Shown piece after piece: positions 1 through 11,683 of a DNA stretch of 64,000 bases. The notes beneath the pieces were generated by a model. That model made no database searches. It saw only the letters and a program-made list of their open reading frames with translations, and had not been told where the DNA came from. The stretch lies in assembly GCF_963921235.1 (NCBI RefSeq), contig NC_086109.1:5954001-6018000 (forward strand). The letters run 5' to 3'. Source of the stretch: Mobula hypostoma. Taxonomy: Eukaryota. The stretch's first letter is position 1, and the number at the start of each line of letters is the position of its first letter. A program made the position numbers and the translations under genes.

Positions 1-651
1 AAGGTGATAGGTGACGCCAGGCGGGTGGGAAAGGTCAAGGGCTGGAGAAGAAAGAACCTGATAGGAGAGGAGAGTTACACTGCTTCCTTTTTAACTTGGG
101 CTGTAAATGCAGCTTATTTGGTAATATTATCTTATGTGTCGTGTGTGAGTTATACGCACCGTGTTGTGCACCTTAGTCTCTGGAGAAAGGTAGTTTCATT
201 TGGTGGTATACATGTATATGGTTGATAATAAAATGAATTCAAAGAGTCCATTTTATCATACAGGTGGATCTGTCCAAGAGTCTGACCACAGTGGAAATCA
301 AATTAAAAATATACAATGTACCACAAAGGTTTGGTTGTCACAAGAATGGGTCCATGCTTGCTGCCGAACGCTGGATCCAGCTACGAAGAAGGCATGACAG
401 TGGCTACATTTCATTAGGAGTTTGAAGAGATTTGGTGCATCACCAAAGACAGCGGTCCCCAATCACCGGGCCGGGCCGCAAAGCATGTGCTACCAGGCCG
501 CGAGGAAACGATATGATTTGGCAATATGAGTCAGCTGCACCTTTCCTCATTCCCTGTCACGCACTGTTGAGCTTGAACTCACGCATCATCCACGTCAGCG
601 CGGGAAGGAGATCAACCCCTGGAGCTTGCAAATGACGGCGGGCTGAAAAGT

Positions 652-909
652 ATGTTTGACATAACATCTCTGCCGGCATCCTGGATCAAAGTCAAGGCTA
701 AATATCCTGAGATAGCCACGAAAGCACTGAAAATGTTGCTTCCATTTTCAACTGTTTTCTGCGAAGTGGAGTTTTCTGCAATGAATGCAAGGAAAACTAA
801 ATTGCGGAATAGACTGGACATAAGGAATCCCGTTCGAGTATCGCTGTCTCCCATCAACCCTCGATGGGACCGTGTTGTTGCAGGAAAACAAGCCCAGGGC
901 TCCCACTGA
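652..909 (+). pseudogene. hAT/Buster transposase C-terminal dimerisation-domain remnant
   Basis: ORF reads W..KAKYPEIATKALKMLLPFST..CE..FSAM...KTKLRNRL...KQAQGSH*, the typical C-terminus of Buster/Charlie transposases. Confidence 0.85.
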
Positions 910-1022
910 TTCAGCGATATTGGTGTGTTGCTATGATTTTATATGTTCATACGGGGAAAATATGTGCTGTGTGTTTAATATCCAAATGTTACTTAAAATG
1001 TTATGAAGCTATTGACTTACTT

Positions 1023-1225
1023 ATATAACCATATAACAATTACAGCATGGAAACAGGCCATCTCGGCCCTTCTAGCCCACGCCGAACGCTACTCTCACCT
1101 AGTCCCACCGACCTGCATTCAGCCCATAACTCTCCATTCCTTTCCTGTCCATATACTTATCCAATTTTTCTCTAAATGATAATATCGAACCTGCCTCTAC
1201 CACTTCTACTGGAAGTTCATTCAAC
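1023..1225 (-). mobile_element. 5'-truncated CR1 3' end nested in the hAT element
   Basis: Reverse complement matches the CR1 3' end at 25560-25757, including the TATATGGT tail. Flanked by 8-bp ACTTACTT at 1015-1022 and 1226-1233. Confidence 0.8.
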
Positions 1226-2067
1226 ACTTACTTCAAGCTCCCCTGTCCTCCCCTTATAATTGACATCACTATATTCATGCGAGGAAAATATGCACTGTGT
1301 GTTTAATATTAAATTCATTAGATAAACCCTTTTAGAAACGAAATTGAGTGTATTAGCCACTTATCACCTATATTCCGGTCGTGATTAACACCCCCCGCCC
1401 TGAACAGAATCGCCAAAAACGATTTGCAGAAAAAAATTGGCAGGTACACGCATGCGCAAGTCACACATGCACACTGGTGCCCGCGCAAGGCTTCATGGTC
1501 ATTGTAGTCTTTCTCTGGGTAAACACAACGTATTTGACTGCTACTCTTGTCCGTTGGCAACCCTACCACCACCCCTACCCCCTGCCGCCGGTCCGCAAGA
1601 ATATTGTCAATATTAAACCGGTCCGCAGTGCAAAGAAGGTTGGGGACCCCTGACCAAAGACACTTACAAATTTCTACATATGTCCCGTGGAGAACATTCT
1701 AACTGGCTGCATCACCATCTGGTACGGGGGGGTGGGGGCACTGCACAGGACTGAGAAAAAACTGCAGAGTTGTGAACTCAGTCAGCTCTAGCCTCCCAGG
1801 CATCTACAGGGAGCGATGCTACAAAAAGGATGCCCATCCCAAGACATACCCTCTTTCCATTATTACTATCAGGGAGGAGGTACAGGAGCCTGAAGGCACA
1901 CACTCAATGATTCAGGAACAGCTTCTTCCATCTGATTTGTGAATGGACAATGAATCCATGAACACTACCTCAAGACTTTTTTCCCCTCTTTTTACACTAT
2001 TTAATTCATTTAACTTTTTAAATATTTATATGTACTTCTCACTGTAATTCATAGTTTTTATTAGGTC

Positions 2068-2410
2068 AGGGTGGCGGGGTGGAGATACATCTTTACCAAA
2101 GGAGGTGTAAGACACTCCTTCCCTCCGCTAGCCTGCAGGTCACCCTGGGGTGAGGTGTGGCACCTTAGGCCCCCTGATCAGGGTCACATGAAGCCATTAA
2201 AGCTTCATGTCCTGGTTTTGCGACCACTGATGCCAGGCAGACAATCTCTGAAGAGTATTGATAATGGCTGGGCTCACCGATCTTGTAAAGACACTGCCCA
2301 GAAGAAGGCAATGGCAGACCACTTTGGTTGAAAAATTGGCCAAGAACCATCACGATCACAGCAAGACCATGATCGCCCACCTCAAATGACACGGCACAGA
2401 ATGAGTGAAC
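2068..2410 (+). mobile_element. RTE-related non-autonomous retroposon (SINE-like)
   Basis: Same ~340-bp repeat at 23897-24268, 36174-36515 and 59755-60110 (-). Contains a gaaggcaatggca(a/g)accact motif of the BovB/RTE-SINE type. Confidence 0.65.
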
Positions 2411-2884
2411 TATTGCAATGCACTGCTACCACATAATGACAAACTTCATGACATATGTCAGTGATATCAAACCTGATACTGAATGATCTCCACAGTTCCT
2501 GTGGCTTTCTAGTAAAATAAGATGCAGTAATAATCTCCACTGAGGGACCAGACCACAACCAGCTATTGCGTAAACTCCTTGCATCTTTGATGTTGCCTTC
2601 ATCTCATTGGAAAGTATGGGATAGATACTGGCTCTTCAAACCAACGAATCCCACATTCCTATCTATCCTAGTTCAGTGCCTCATCCTGACACATTGACAT
2701 GCACCTCCTGATTTCAGATGCTGCCAGACCCCCTGAGCCCTTCCAGGGCCCCTACTCATTTGTCCTATCCATTCCCCTCAGGCTCTGGCACGAGGAAATC
2801 TGCACCGGCTGGAAATCCGGAGCAACACATACAGAATGCTGGAGAAACTCAGCAGACCAAGCAACATCTACGGGAAAAAGTATA

Positions 2885-3443
2885 TAACATAGAGCATACA
2901 AATCTAAAGCACATTACAGGCCCTTCGGCCCACAATGTTGTGCCGACCATGTAACCTACTCTAGAATCTGTCTAGAATTTCTCTAGTGCATAGCCCTCTA
3001 TTTTTCTAAGCTCCATGTACCTATCTAAGAGGCCCTTAAAAGACCCTATTGTATCCGCTTCCACCATCACTGCCGGCAGTACGTGCCATGCACCCACCAT
3101 TCTGTGTGTGGAAAACTTACCCCTGACATCCCCTCGGTACCTATTTCCAAGCACCTTAAAAATACGCCCCCCGTTTGTTAGCCATTTCAGTCCTGGGGAA
3201 AAGCCACTGGCTATCCGCACGATCAATGCCTCTCATTATCTTGCACACCTCTATTAGGTCACCTCTCATCCTCCGTCACTCCAAGGAGAAAAGGCCAAGT
3301 TCACTCAACCTATTCTCATAAAGTATGCCCTCCAATCCAGGCAACATCCTAGTAAAGCTCCTCTGCACTCTCTATAGTATCCACTCCTCTGCACTCTCTA
3401 TAGTATCCACTCCTCTGCACTCTCACTATAGTATCCACTCTAT
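2885..3443 (-). mobile_element. CR1 (HER1-like) LINE 3' fragment
   Basis: ORF2 C-terminus motif RGDVRGKFSTHRMVGAW..LP..MVEADTIGSFKGLLDRYM and the conserved gggccgaagggcct 3' motif. 6-bp AGTATA at 2879-2884 and 3444-3449. Confidence 0.9.
3358..3443. repeat. 26-bp tandem repeat (~3.3 copies) at the CR1 5' truncation point
   Basis: ctcctctgcactctctatagtatcca repeated from 3358, 3384 and 3410. Confidence 0.9.
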
Positions 3444-3579
3444 AGTATAGTCGATGTTTTGGGCCGAGACGCTTCTTCAGGACCTTTCCCCCCACCTTTT
3501 AATTCAGGCATATCAGCCCTCCCCTCCCAGTCCTGAGGAAGGGTCTCAGCCAAAAACGGTGACTGTTTACTCTTTCCCA

Positions 3580-5288
3580 TAGATAGAAACATAGAAAATA
3601 GGTGCAGGAGTAGGCCATTCGGCCCTTCGAGCCTGCACTGCCATTTATTATGATCATGGCTGATCATCCAACTCAGAACCCTGCACCAGCCTTCCCTCCA
3701 TACCCCCTGATTCCCGTAGCCACAAGGGCCATATCTAACTCCCTCTTAAATATAGCCAATGAACTGGCCTCAACTGTTTCCTGTGGCAGAGAATTCCACA
3801 GATTCACCACTCTCTGTGTGAAGCAGTTTTTCCTAATCTCGGTCCTAAAAGGCTTCCCCTTTATCCTCAAACTGTGACCCCTTGTTCTGGACTTCCCCAA
3901 CATCGGGAACAATCTTCCTGCATCAAGCCTGTCCAATCCCTTTAGGATTTTATACGTTTCAATCAGATCCCCCCTCAATCTTCTAAATTCCAACGAGTAC
4001 AAGACCAGTTCATCCAGTCTTTCTTCATATGAAAGTCCTGCCATCCCAGGAGCAATCTGGTGAACCTTCTTTGTACTCCCTCTATGGCAAGGATGTCTTT
4101 CCTCAGATTAGGGGACCAAAACTGCACACAATACTCCAGGTCTGGTCTCACCAAGGCCTTGTACAACTGCAGTAGTACCTCCCTGCTCCTGTACTCGAAT
4201 CCTCTCGCTATAAATGCCAGCATACCATTCGCCTTTTTCACCGCCTGCTGTACCTGCATGCCCACTTTCAATGACTGGTGTATAATGACACCCAGGTCTC
4301 GTTGCACCTCCCCTTTTCCTAATCGGTCACCATTCAGATAATAATCTGTTTTCCTATTTTTGCCACCAAAGTGGATAACTTCACATTTATCCACATTAAA
4401 TTGCATCTGCCATGAATTTGCCCACTCACCCAACCTATCCAAGTCACCCTACATCCTCTTAGCATCCTCCTCACAGCTAACACTGCCGCCCAGCTTCGTG
4501 TCATCCGCAAACTTGGAGATGCTGCATTTAATTCCCTCATCCAAGTCATTAATATATATTGTAAACAACTGGGGTCCCAGCACTGAGCCTTGCGGTACCC
4601 CACTAGTCACTGCCTGCCATTCTGAAAAAGTCCCGTTTATTCCCACTCTTTGCTTCCTGTCTGCCAACCAATTCTCTATCCACATCAATATCTTACCCCC
4701 AATACCGTTTGCTTTAAGTTTGCACACTAATCTCCTGTGTGGGACCTTGTCAAAAGCCTTTTGAAAATCCAAATATACCACATCCACTGGTTCTCCCCTA
4801 TCCACTCTACTAGTTACATCCTCAAAAAATTCTATGAGATTCGTCAGACATGATTTTCCTTTCACAAATCCATGCTGACTTTGTCCGATGATATCACCGC
4901 TTTCCAAATGTGCTGTTATCACATCTTTGATAACTGACTCCAGCAGTTTCCCCACCACCGACGTTAGGCTAACCGGTCTATAATTCCCCGGTTTCTCTCT
5001 CCCTCCTTTTTTAAAAAGTGGGGTTACATTAGCCACCCTCCAATCCTCAGGAACTAGTCCAGAATCTAACGAGTTTTGAAAAATTATCACTAATGCATCC
5101 ACTATTTCTTGGGCTACTTCCTTAAGCACTCTGGGATGCAGACCATCTGGCCCTGGGGATTTATCTGCCTTTAATCCCTTCAATTTACCTAACACCACTT
5201 CCCTACTAACATGTATTTCGCTCAGTTCCTCCATCTCACTGGACCCTCTGTCCCTTACTATTTCTGGAAGATTATCTGGAAGATTCTG
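3580..5288 (-). mobile_element. Young 5'-truncated CR1 LINE (~1.7 kb) with RT domain
   Basis: RT motifs [56 protein letters not shown]-type tail at 3580-3600. Confidence 0.95.
3673..5234 (-). pseudogene. CR1 ORF2 reverse transcriptase, disrupted
   Basis: ORFs 4449-5234, 3975-4442 and 3673-4044 are colinear pieces, broken by a stop at ~4449 and a frameshift near 4045. Confidence 0.92.
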
Positions 5289-5559
5289 GATGCTGCCTGG
5301 CCTGCTGAGTCACTCTCGTGAGTCAGATTCAGGAACTGGTGACTTCAACTTCCATGGCAGACGCTCGGGCAGATACCTCACTGCACACAGGGAAGTATGG
5401 TCCTCTAAGTAAAGGCTAGTTTTGTCTGGCACAAGTACATCAAAACACCGAAGCACACGGGGAATTGTGGCGCTTGCGTCAGCAACCAGCACAGTTCGAG
5501 GATGTGCTGGGGGCAGCCCGCAAGAGTCGCCACGTTTCCAAGGCCAACACGGCCTGCCT

Positions 5560-5900
5560 ACAACCTACTAACCCTAACCCGTACATCTTTGGAATGTGGA
5601 AGGGGAAAGGAGCACTGAGAAGAAACCCACAAGCTCACGAGGGAACGTACAAACAGACTGTAACGGCAATCGAACCCGATCACTGATACGACCAAGCGTT
5701 GCAGTAGTGTGTCAACCACATGTGGAATGTAGCCACAACTGTCGGCAAGCTTCCAGTGCCATCATAACGTACCCACAACTCACTTACCCCAACCTGTACA
5801 CCTTTGGAATATGGGAGGAAACCAGGGCAGCCGGAGGAAACCCAAGAGGTTATGGGGAAAATGTACAAGCTCCTTATACACAGCGGTGACAGTGGAGCTG
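5560..5900 (-). mobile_element. Two degraded tRNA-derived V-domain (HE1-like) SINE fragments
   Basis: Reverse complement of the gggtttcctccgg.tgc.c.ggtttcctccca..tccaaag core shared with other copies in the window. Confidence 0.65.
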
Positions 5901-6456
5901 CTGAACATCATGCCAACCATTACCCTAAGTAAGATGTAATGCCAAGTTCTTGTTTCCTTTCCGCGTTGAATGTACTTCAATGTTTTCTCTGTATACCAGA
6001 CCTTATCTCCATCTTCTCCAACCTCCGAAGGAGTGGCTTCACACAAAAAGTTAATTCTGAGTCTCTCTATCCACAGATGCTGCCTGACCTGCTGAGTATT
6101 TGCAGTATTTCCACTTTATTTGGGTCCTACTCAATACGTACTCCTCCATCTCGCAGGAAGACATTCAGTAGCTGGTATGACTGAGAGGCACTGAAGCTGG
6201 TAGATACACAAGTCTTTATTCAGCAGAACAAGCAGCAGGTATCATATTCAAGACACTCTTGAAAGAGGCCTGCCTGACCCAATATTACATGACATTTTTG
6301 TATGTTGTAGAACAAAGGTAACAGCAAGACAATTCTACAGTTACAATGTATTTACAATGCTTCCTTTGAATTACATACAGTTTTCACACACCTCCTTCTT
6401 ACAGACATCCAAAATGAATGCTAATTCCCACTGACTCTGGGGCACATTCATGCATA

Positions 6457-7433
6457 CGGTGCTGGAAAGTTTGTAAACCCTGTAGAGTTTTCCCTATTTC
6501 TGCATGAATATGACCTACACTGAACAAGAATGGTGTTCATGGAAGGATACTATGGAGGAAACCACTGCTTTCCAAAAAAAAAACACAGCTGCACTTCTCA
6601 AATTTGCAAAAGACCACCTGGATGTTCTACAACACTTGAGACAATGTTCTGTGGACAGATGAGACAAAAGTTGAACTTCTTGGCAGAAATGCACATTGCT
6701 ATGTTTGGAGGGAAAAGAGCACTGCACACCAACACCAAAACCTCATCCTAACTGTGAAGCATGGTGGAAGAAGCATCATGGTTTGGGGCATCATGGTTTG
6801 CTGCCTCAGGGCCCGGACAGCTTGCAATCGTTGGGGGAATAATGAAATCAAAATTGTATCAAGACATTTTACAGGAGAATGTCAGGGTAGCAGTCCATCA
6901 CCTGAAGCTTAATAGAAGATGGATAATGTAACAAGACAATGATCTTAAAGACAAGAGTAAATCAACAATAGATTGGTTTTAGAAAAAGAAAATTCATGAT
7001 TTCAAATGGCCAAGTCACTGTCCTGACCTCAATCCTATAGAAATGTTGGTGGAAGGACCTGAAGCAAGCAATTCATGCAAGGAAGCCCACCAACATCCCA
7101 GAATTGAAGCAGTTTTGTAAAGAGGAATGTCCTGAAATTCCTCCAAACTGATGCGCAGGACAGATCAACAGTTACTGGAAATGGTTGGTTGAAGTTATTG
7201 CTGTACAAGGGGGTCACACCAGTTGCTGAAAACAAAAGTTCACATACTTTTTCCAACAAATGCATGTAATATTGGATCATTTTTCTCAATAAGTAAATGA
7301 ACAAATGTAATGTTTTTATGTTATTTATTTAATTGGGTTTTCTTTAGTTTTAGAAAATCCTGTCATATTTGGGTCAGATTTATGCAGAAATAGAGAAAAT
7401 TCTACAAGGTTCACAAACTTTCTAACACCACCT
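6457..7433 (+). mobile_element. Internally deleted Tc1 transposon with DDE transposase remnants
   Basis: ~55-bp imperfect TIRs (ggtgctggaaagtttgtaaaccctgtagag.. and ..ttctacaaggttcacaaactttctaacacc) with TA at the left end. Frameshifted motifs LWTDETKVE, TVKHGGRSIMVWG, QDND and WPS..PDLNPIE. Confidence 0.9.
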
Positions 7434-7604
7434 TATGCAGACTTCTGCGATCAAATGAGCGTTTCTTTCTTTGCGATTTGACCCAAAATGCAGCTTTAGG
7501 ACGCACATTGTTCAGTGTTGCATTTTAAATTCAATCTACAATCCACCTTCAGGACTGAAGAAATTAGTTTTTGCTACATACCATAACTCCAGAATATGCC
7601 CTAA

Positions 7605-8697
7605 CAGTGGCTACCATATTGTGTACCTCCTGTACCTAATAAAGTGGCCACTGAGTCTGTGTTCATGGTCTTCTGCTGCTGTAGCCCATCCACTTCAAGG
7701 TTTGATGTGTTGTGCGTTCAGAGATGATTTGCTGCCCACCACTAATCTAATGAGTGGTTGTTTGAGTTACTGTCACGTTCCTATCAACTTCAGCAAGTCT
7801 GCCCATTCTCCTCTGATCTCTCTGCTTAACAAGGTGTTTTCACCCACAGAACTACCACTCACTCAGTGAGACCCGACCTAGATTGGGAGATCGTTTCGCC
7901 GGGCATCTACATTCCGTCCGCCAGAACAAGCGGGATCTCCCAGTGGCCACCCATTTTAATTCCACTTCCCATTCCGATATGTTCATCCATGGCTTCCTCC
8001 ACTGTCGCGATGAGGCTACACTTAGGTTGGATAACAACACCTTATATTCATTCCATTTCGGTAGCCTCCAACCTGATGGCATGAACATCGATTTCTTAAA
8101 CTTCCAGTAATGCCCCCCAACCCCCTCCTCCCACTTCTCCATTTCCCATCCACTTTTCCCTCTCTCACCTCATCTCACCAATCAACTTCCCAGCTCTTTA
8201 CTTCATCCCTCCCCCTCCAGGTTTCACCTATCACCCGCTAGTTCCCACTCTCCTCCCCCCACCTTTAAAATCTACTCCTCAGCTTTCTTTTCTCCAGTCT
8301 TGCCGAAGGGTTTCAGCCCGAAACATCGACTGTACTCTTTTTTTCCCCCATCGATGCTGCCTGGCCTGCTGAGTCCCTCCAACATTTTATGTGTGTTACT
8401 CACTGGATGTTGTTTGATTTTCGCAGCATTCTCTGAAAACTCTAGAAACTCCTGTGCGTGAAAATTCCAGGAGATCAGCAGTTTTTGAGATACTCATACC
8501 ACCCCATCTGACACCAACAATCATTCATGGTCAAAGTCACTTAGTTCATATTTCTTTCCCATTCTGATATTTGGTCTGAACAACAACTGAACCTCTTGAC
8601 CAGGTCTGCAGACTTTTATGCATTGAGTTGCTGCCACATGATTAGCTGATTATACACTTGCATTAACGAGCAGGAATACCTAATAAAGTGGCCAGTT
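7605..8697. mobile_element. Tc1-type non-autonomous element (gtggccactttattaggta terminus family), interrupted by Penelope
   Basis: tacctaataaagtggcca occurs at ~7633 within a short palindrome and again at ~8677. Flanks rejoin across the Penelope insertion. Confidence 0.6.
7864..8397 (+). mobile_element. Penelope-like element 3' fragment (GIY-YIG C-terminus plus pLTR), older subfamily
   Basis: GDRFAGHLHSVRQ..LPVATHFNS..GSLQPDGMNIDF. 7-bp ACTCACT flanks at 7857-7863 and 8398-8404. Confidence 0.88.
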
Positions 8698-8735
8698 TAT
8701 TCTGATGTTATCAGATTGATGTCAGGAACTTACTG

Positions 8736-9520
8736 TTGCACAGTACTGTATTTGTCAATGTGGAGCGGACAGCGAGTTTGTAAATCTGGCGGGAGCAAAG
8801 TGTGTTGGGAACGGCGAGGGTAGAGTGCGGCAGGAGGGTTGTGGCACAGGTAGCAGAGAAAGAGTGCCCGAGGCAGGGGTGGTGTGGGTGCAGACACACC
8901 CAGCCCTGAGGCACCAGGTAAGGTTATTTGGTTCAAAAAATTGTTTATTGATCATTATAGAATGTTGTAGCGGTGTGCTACACACAGCACTAGAATAACC
9001 ACACGGAGTCGGTGAGTTGGAGTTGCGATGAAAGAGATTTATTCAAACTTTGCGGCCTGCTTTCAAGCCTTCCCATTCCCGCCCTCCCTGGGCAGGACTA
9101 CTGTGGGGAATGCATATTCCCAGACCCTTCCCACGCGCGGGATTTTCCCCCTGCTGGTGAAGATGGCCTGGCGCCCTTTTTGGGGCCAGCCCTCTGCCTG
9201 CGTGCGCTGTTGTGAGCCGGTTCGTGTGTGCTAGAAAGTGGGTCGCCACAATGTCTCTCTGGTGCTTCCTGCTCCCTCCCCTCTCCCTTCCCCTTTTCCC
9301 AACCACGATTCCCCTCTCCCTGTCCCCTTCCCACTCTCAGTCCACAACAGAGACCCCTATCAGAATCAGGGTCATCATCACTCCCACATGTCATGAAATC
9401 TGTTATTTTTTGTAGCAGCAGTACAGTGCAAGACATAAAATTACTACAGTACTGCGCAAAGGTCTTAGGCCTCCGAGCTACAGACAGTATACACGTGCCT
9501 AAGACTTCCGCATGGTTCTG
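8736..9520 (+). mobile_element. Composite Tc1-type MITE (paralog of 41182-41706) containing a solo LTR
   Basis: Colinear with 41182-41706 once 8966-9250 is removed. Right end is a palindromic mini-MITE (9447-9520) flanked by TA. Confidence 0.75.
8966..9250 (-). mobile_element. Solo LTR (285 bp, Gypsy-like)
   Basis: TGTAGCG...CGCCACA termini, 4-bp TSD ATGT (8962-8965, 9251-9254) and a minus-strand AATAAA (~9040). Absent from the paralogous host copy at ~41445. Confidence 0.85.
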
Positions 9521-10819
9521 TACTGGCTGCTGCTTAGCAAGGAATACACATAACAAGGATTTCATGAAATAAAAAGATATTTTCTTTCATGGGGTGGTAT
9601 GGTAGTGTTGCACTTTGCCTGATGCTTTACAGTGCTAGTGACTGGGTTTCATTTCTGTCCTCCCACAGCTTGGCACGAGGTGGCCACGGACATTGTTCCA
9701 GGGTACTAGATGGCAGCAACCCTGGCAGATGAATAAAAAGAGGAGGCCAGGCGCTGCGGGCAGAAGAATTTTTCAGCAATGCTTGAGAGGCTGGAGAAAG
9801 CCTGGGTTTGGAGGGTAGGTTTCTAGGCGGGCTGCGTCAGGGGGTCCTGAGATGAGCCACCCGTAGCTATTGCTAGAGACAGGCTATCAGTCCAGGCAAT
9901 GTTACAAAAAACGAAGTTGTCGAGGTGCCAATGAGCGCCATGGTGTCATAAAGGGAGTGAGTCACCTCTGGAAGCAGCTGGTTAAGTTTCTAGAGACATG
10001 AAAAAACAAGCTATGAGCAACCACTGGAGTTTCACTGAATAGGTCACACACCACTGCCTCACAGCCGGCCCATCCCGACCTCCGGCATGCACTGTCTGGT
10101 GGAGTTTGTCTCTTCTCCCTGGGACTGTCCTGTTTCCTCCAGGTGCTCCAATTTCCTCCCACATCCTAAAGATGCAAGGGCAGAAACTTGCCCCTTGTGG
10201 AAATGGGAGAATTAGTATTGATGAAGGTGCGAGGGAGAACTGGGTTACAGGGAGGCTTCTGAAAGCCGACATGGACTCGATGGGCTGAATAGACTTACTT
10301 TGTAAGAAAATGTGCGGATGGGGTAAAAAAGTTGGTTTTTCTCTAACACAATACAAAGAGAACAGCCGTACAACTGGCTTTTTTTTTTAAAAAAGACATC
10401 TCTCTTATCTCAGCAATATTTATGACAGCAATGCATGATCAAAATAGTCAGCTGACACAGTTTATACAACAATTCCACTTTGAGGGGATGTAACTGTAGG
10501 TCTTCTGATAAATCAGTAGCACCATCTACACCCTGCCCCTGTTCACCAGGAAGTCACATCACAACCTGCCTCCTGTAAGTCAGTACAGCGACCACCACAG
10601 TCGAGATCTGTGGTACACAATCTGCAGACTGTGCAATGCCAAAACCACAGTAGGAGCCTTGGTATGAAGGTGACTCCACATTATCTACATGATTCCCATC
10701 AGAGAGCCCCACTTGAGACTTCCAGTAACTTGAACAGCATGTCATGATCTATTGATTTACATGTCACTCAGTAACTTGGGCAAAGTACATTGTTTTTTTT
10801 TGGGTGACTGTATGTTTAG

Positions 10820-11660
10820 AGCCATAGAAAACTATAGCACAGAAACAGGACCTTCTGCCCATCCAGTTCATGCCAAACCATTTAAACTGACTAGCCTCAT
10901 TGACCTGTACCCGGACCACAGCCTTCTGTACCTCTCCCATCCGTGTACCCATCCGAACTTCTCTTAAACACGCTGAAATCGAAATTGCATCCACCGCTTG
11001 CCATGGCAGCTTGTTCCACCCTCTGAATGAAGAAGTTTCCCCTCATGCTCCCTTAAGCATTTCACCTTTCACCCTCAGCCCATGGCTTCCAGTTGTAGTC
11101 TCACTGAACCTCTGGAAAAAGCTTGTTTGCATTTACCCTACCTATACCCCTCATAATTTTGTATACCTCTATCAAATCTCCCCTCAATCTTCTATGTTCT
11201 AGGGAATAAAGTCTTAACCTATTCAATCTTTCCTTATAACTCAGGTTCTCCAGACCCGGCAGCATCCTTGTAAACTTTCTCTGTACTCTTTCAATCCAAT
11301 TTCCACCTTTCCTCTTGGTAGGTGACCAAAGCTGCACACAATACTACAAATTATGCCTCACCAACGTTTTATACAACTTCAACGTGACATCCTAACTCCT
11401 ATAGTCAATACTTTGATCTTTGAAGGCCAATGTGCCGAAAGCTTTCTTAAATGACCCTATCTACCTGTGACGTGGCTTTCAACGGATTATGGACCTGTAT
11501 TCGCAGATCCCTTTGTTCTACCACACTCCTCAGTGCCCTACCGTTCACTGTGTAAGGCCTACCCTGGCTTGTCCTACTGAAGTGCCACACCTCACACTTG
11601 TCGGCATTAAATTCCATCTGCCATTTTTCCAGCTGGTCCAGATCCTGCCGCACACTGTGA
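10820..11660 (-). mobile_element. CR1 LINE 3' fragment
   Basis: WQMEFNADKCEV.HF and ERVQRKFTRMLPGL..LSYKERL..RRLRGDLIEVYKIMRG. Confidence 0.9.
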
Positions 11661-11683
11661 TAAACTCCCTTTCTGTCCCCAAT

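Larger units (their letters stand above)
450..1652 (+). mobile_element. Non-autonomous hAT (Charlie/Buster-like) DNA transposon
   Basis: TIRs CAGCGGTCCCCAA (450) and TTGGGGACCCCTG (1652). Perfect 8-bp TSD ACCAAAGA at 442-449 and 1653-1660. Internal transposase remnant. Confidence 0.92.
385..2065 (+). mobile_element. Degraded Rex1/Babar-like LINE 3' portion, split by a hAT insertion (385-449 and 1653-2065)
   Basis: Removing the hAT restores ttcattaggagtttgaagagatttggtgcatcaccaaagacacttacaaatttctac ([19 protein letters not shown]). This matches [19 protein letters not shown] in the Rex copy at ~12200-12280. Confidence 0.75.
2805..5310. mobile_element. Fold-back Penelope terminal-repeat (pLTR) element split by two CR1 insertions (pieces 2805-2884, 3450-3583, 5289-5310)
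   Basis: Pieces rejoin into tgctgg..aactcagcag..catcta..agtatagtcga..cagga, a spacer, then cagtcctgaggaagggtctc..gactg..catagatgctgcctggcctgctgagt, i.e. inverted pLTR arms. Confidence 0.75.

Noticed and set aside
6175..7606. Possible LTR split by the Tc1 insertion (minus-strand AATAAA at ~6217, ends ..ctaaca)
   Set aside because: I could not find matching TG..CA termini with a TSD, so it is left unannotated.
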